From Myxococcota bacterium (lineage in GTDB: Bacteria > Myxococcota_A > UBA796 > SXON01), in the NCBI GenBank assembly GCA_040386535.1, contig JAZKFH010000032.1:1-64000 (forward strand): a DNA stretch of 64,000 nucleotides, read 5' to 3'. Numbering within the stretch: the first letter of the stretch is position 1; each line of letters starts with the position of its first letter. Below the pieces are notes generated by a model. The model searched no databases and was not told the origin of the DNA. It saw only the letters and a list, made by a program, of their open reading frames with translations. Below are positions 62,670 to 64,000 of this stretch, piece after piece. Both the position numbers and the translations under genes were made by a program.

Positions 62670-64000
62670 TTACCCGTCGCCGCCAACGCGCATCCACGCT
62701 CTCATACCCGCGTCCAGCCTCACATCAAGGGCATCGCAAAGCAAGAGGAGGGTGTGGCGGAGCCGGTGTTCCGCAGGCCCGCCCGCTACTCGCTGGAGTT
62801 CGGCAGAAACCAACCCCGGGCTTCGGATTGCAAAGGGGCAGCGCCGAACAAAATCAGCCCAGTAGCTTACGAAGTGTGGCTCGATGGCCAACCGGTAACA
62901 GTGCCTGAGCTCGCCGGCCATCCTCTCAACCGCCCGCGCGAACCGGACCTGGTGCACGAGCCGCGCTCGGGGTTGTTCTCCAAACTCCTCCCTACACAGC
63001 AGCAAATGGGCAACGGCCCACCGCGAAGGGTCTACGCCAGCCGGAAACGCAGCCGCGTTGGCCTCGAGGACCTTTCTCGCTGCAGATGCCGGCTGCGCCG
63101 CCCCAGCGAGTAGCTCTTCAACGTCATGAGCCAGCTCGTCGGGACCGACAAGTCGCTGGAGCTGCGCATAAAATTTAGACAGTTCCTCAGCAGCCGCCGA
63201 GAAACGATCGGACGCCGAGAGTAGGAGCGCCACTGCGACCGGGAAGATGGCAACCCGAGATAGCCATTGGACATGTGCTCCCCTGCGATCCGCCTCCAGG
63301 CTGTCGGCTGTTGGTACTGGCCCCGGTGCCCAGAACCCGTCGCCACTTCGCTCTCGTCTTCGAACCTCCTCCAGCGCAAGGATGCTCCGCTGAAGGCCGA
63401 CCAGCCCGCCCAAGGCGTCCCCCTCCACAAATCGCTGTGTTGCGAGCAACTGCTCAACCTGGGCCCCCATGTGGCCCAAGCCAGCCTCGGCCGCAAGTTC
63501 ACGAGCACGATGAGCCCAGACCAGACCTCGAGGAACGTCGTCGGCCGCAAGCGCGAATCCCATGAGTTGCATGGGGAGTAGGGCGGTGACTCGTTCCTGG
63601 AACAGTGAAGGACGCCCCTTTACCCATGTGAAGAACATACCCTGTCGGGGGGGAGCGTAGCTCTCGCCGTCAACGGTGCGCGGCGGCGGACTCCCTGTGA
63701 TGGCGAGCGACGTGAGGTATCCACTCACGTGCCCGAAGACGACGAAGCGATCCCGCCACCGGAGATCTCGCCGTTGCTGGGACAGGAGGACTTCCGCCGC
63801 CTCGTCCATTGCTGGCCAGGCGCCGATCGCGCCGCCGTCGCGCCACTTGGCGATCGCAAGTTCGCCAAGGGCTGACACAAGCTCCAATGGAGGAATCCAT
63901 GGTGGACCGTTCCGAGCGAGCGCGACGGCAGTGGAAGCCGCTCCGACGGCCTTGGCCAAGTCCAACTGACCGTACCCTATGACCAAAGCGCTCAGAGCTT
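62670..64000 (-). CDS. Large helical hypothetical protein, partial (open at window edge)
   Basis: An open frame of at least 438 codons runs off the window; the DNA is visibly less GC-rich than the rest. Confidence 0.6.
   Translation of the reverse strand, partial: ALSALVIGYGQLDLAKAVGAASTAVALARNGPPWIPPLELVSALGELAIAKWRDGGAIGAWPAMDEAAEVLLSQQRRDLRWRDRFVVFGHVSGYLTSLAITGSPPPRTVDGESYAPPRQGMFFTWVKGRPSLFQERVTALLPMQLMGFALAADDVPRGLVWAHRARELAAEAGLGHMGAQVEQLLATQRFVEGDALGGLVGLQRSILALEEVRRRERSGDGFWAPGPVPTADSLEADRRGAHVQWLSRVAIFPVAVALLLSASDRFSAAAEELSKFYAQLQRLVGPDELAHDVEELLAGAAQPASAARKVLEANAAAFPAGVDPSRWAVAHLLLCREEFGEQPRARLVHQVRFARAVERMAGELRHCYRLAIEPHFVSYWADFVRRCPFAIRSPGLVSAELQRVAGGPAEHRLRHTLLLLCDALDVRLDAGMRAWMRVGGDG

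Overview
High-GC bacterial DNA, most likely Myxococcota: four secreted proteins end in MYXO-CTERM-like GC-x(n)-hydrophobic-RR tails, and there are MopE-type DCDD repeats. Almost the whole window is a heavy-metal and copper homeostasis island. It holds three complete heavy-metal RND systems (two CzcCBA-type, and one behind a sigma-54 two-component system), a P1B ATPase, a cytochrome c/FTR1 (PbrT-like) permease, a CDF-like transporter, two multicopper oxidases, a CopZ-like chaperone, a Csp-like Cu-storage protein, a DUF3347 protein, an ArsR/SmtB regulator, DsbA/DsbB, several thioredoxin-fold proteins and many uncharacterised exported His/Met/Cys-rich proteins. The main hidden signal is two genes that the ORF track splits at an in-frame TGA. 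In both, the TGA sits in a U-x-x-C motif and is followed by a SECIS-like hairpin, so they are probably exported selenoproteins: a predicted outer-membrane beta-barrel (52-1062) and a TlpA-like lipoprotein (22782-23453). Each has a Cys-encoding relative in the same window. Other notable items are Pro-tailed leader ORFs in front of both czc operons, an intergenic GTGAC-N7-GTCAC palindrome, very short uncharged signal peptides, and several frameshifted or deleted genes. No rRNA, tRNA, CRISPR array, integrase or transposase was recognised. All family assignments are from motif recognition by eye; no database search was run.
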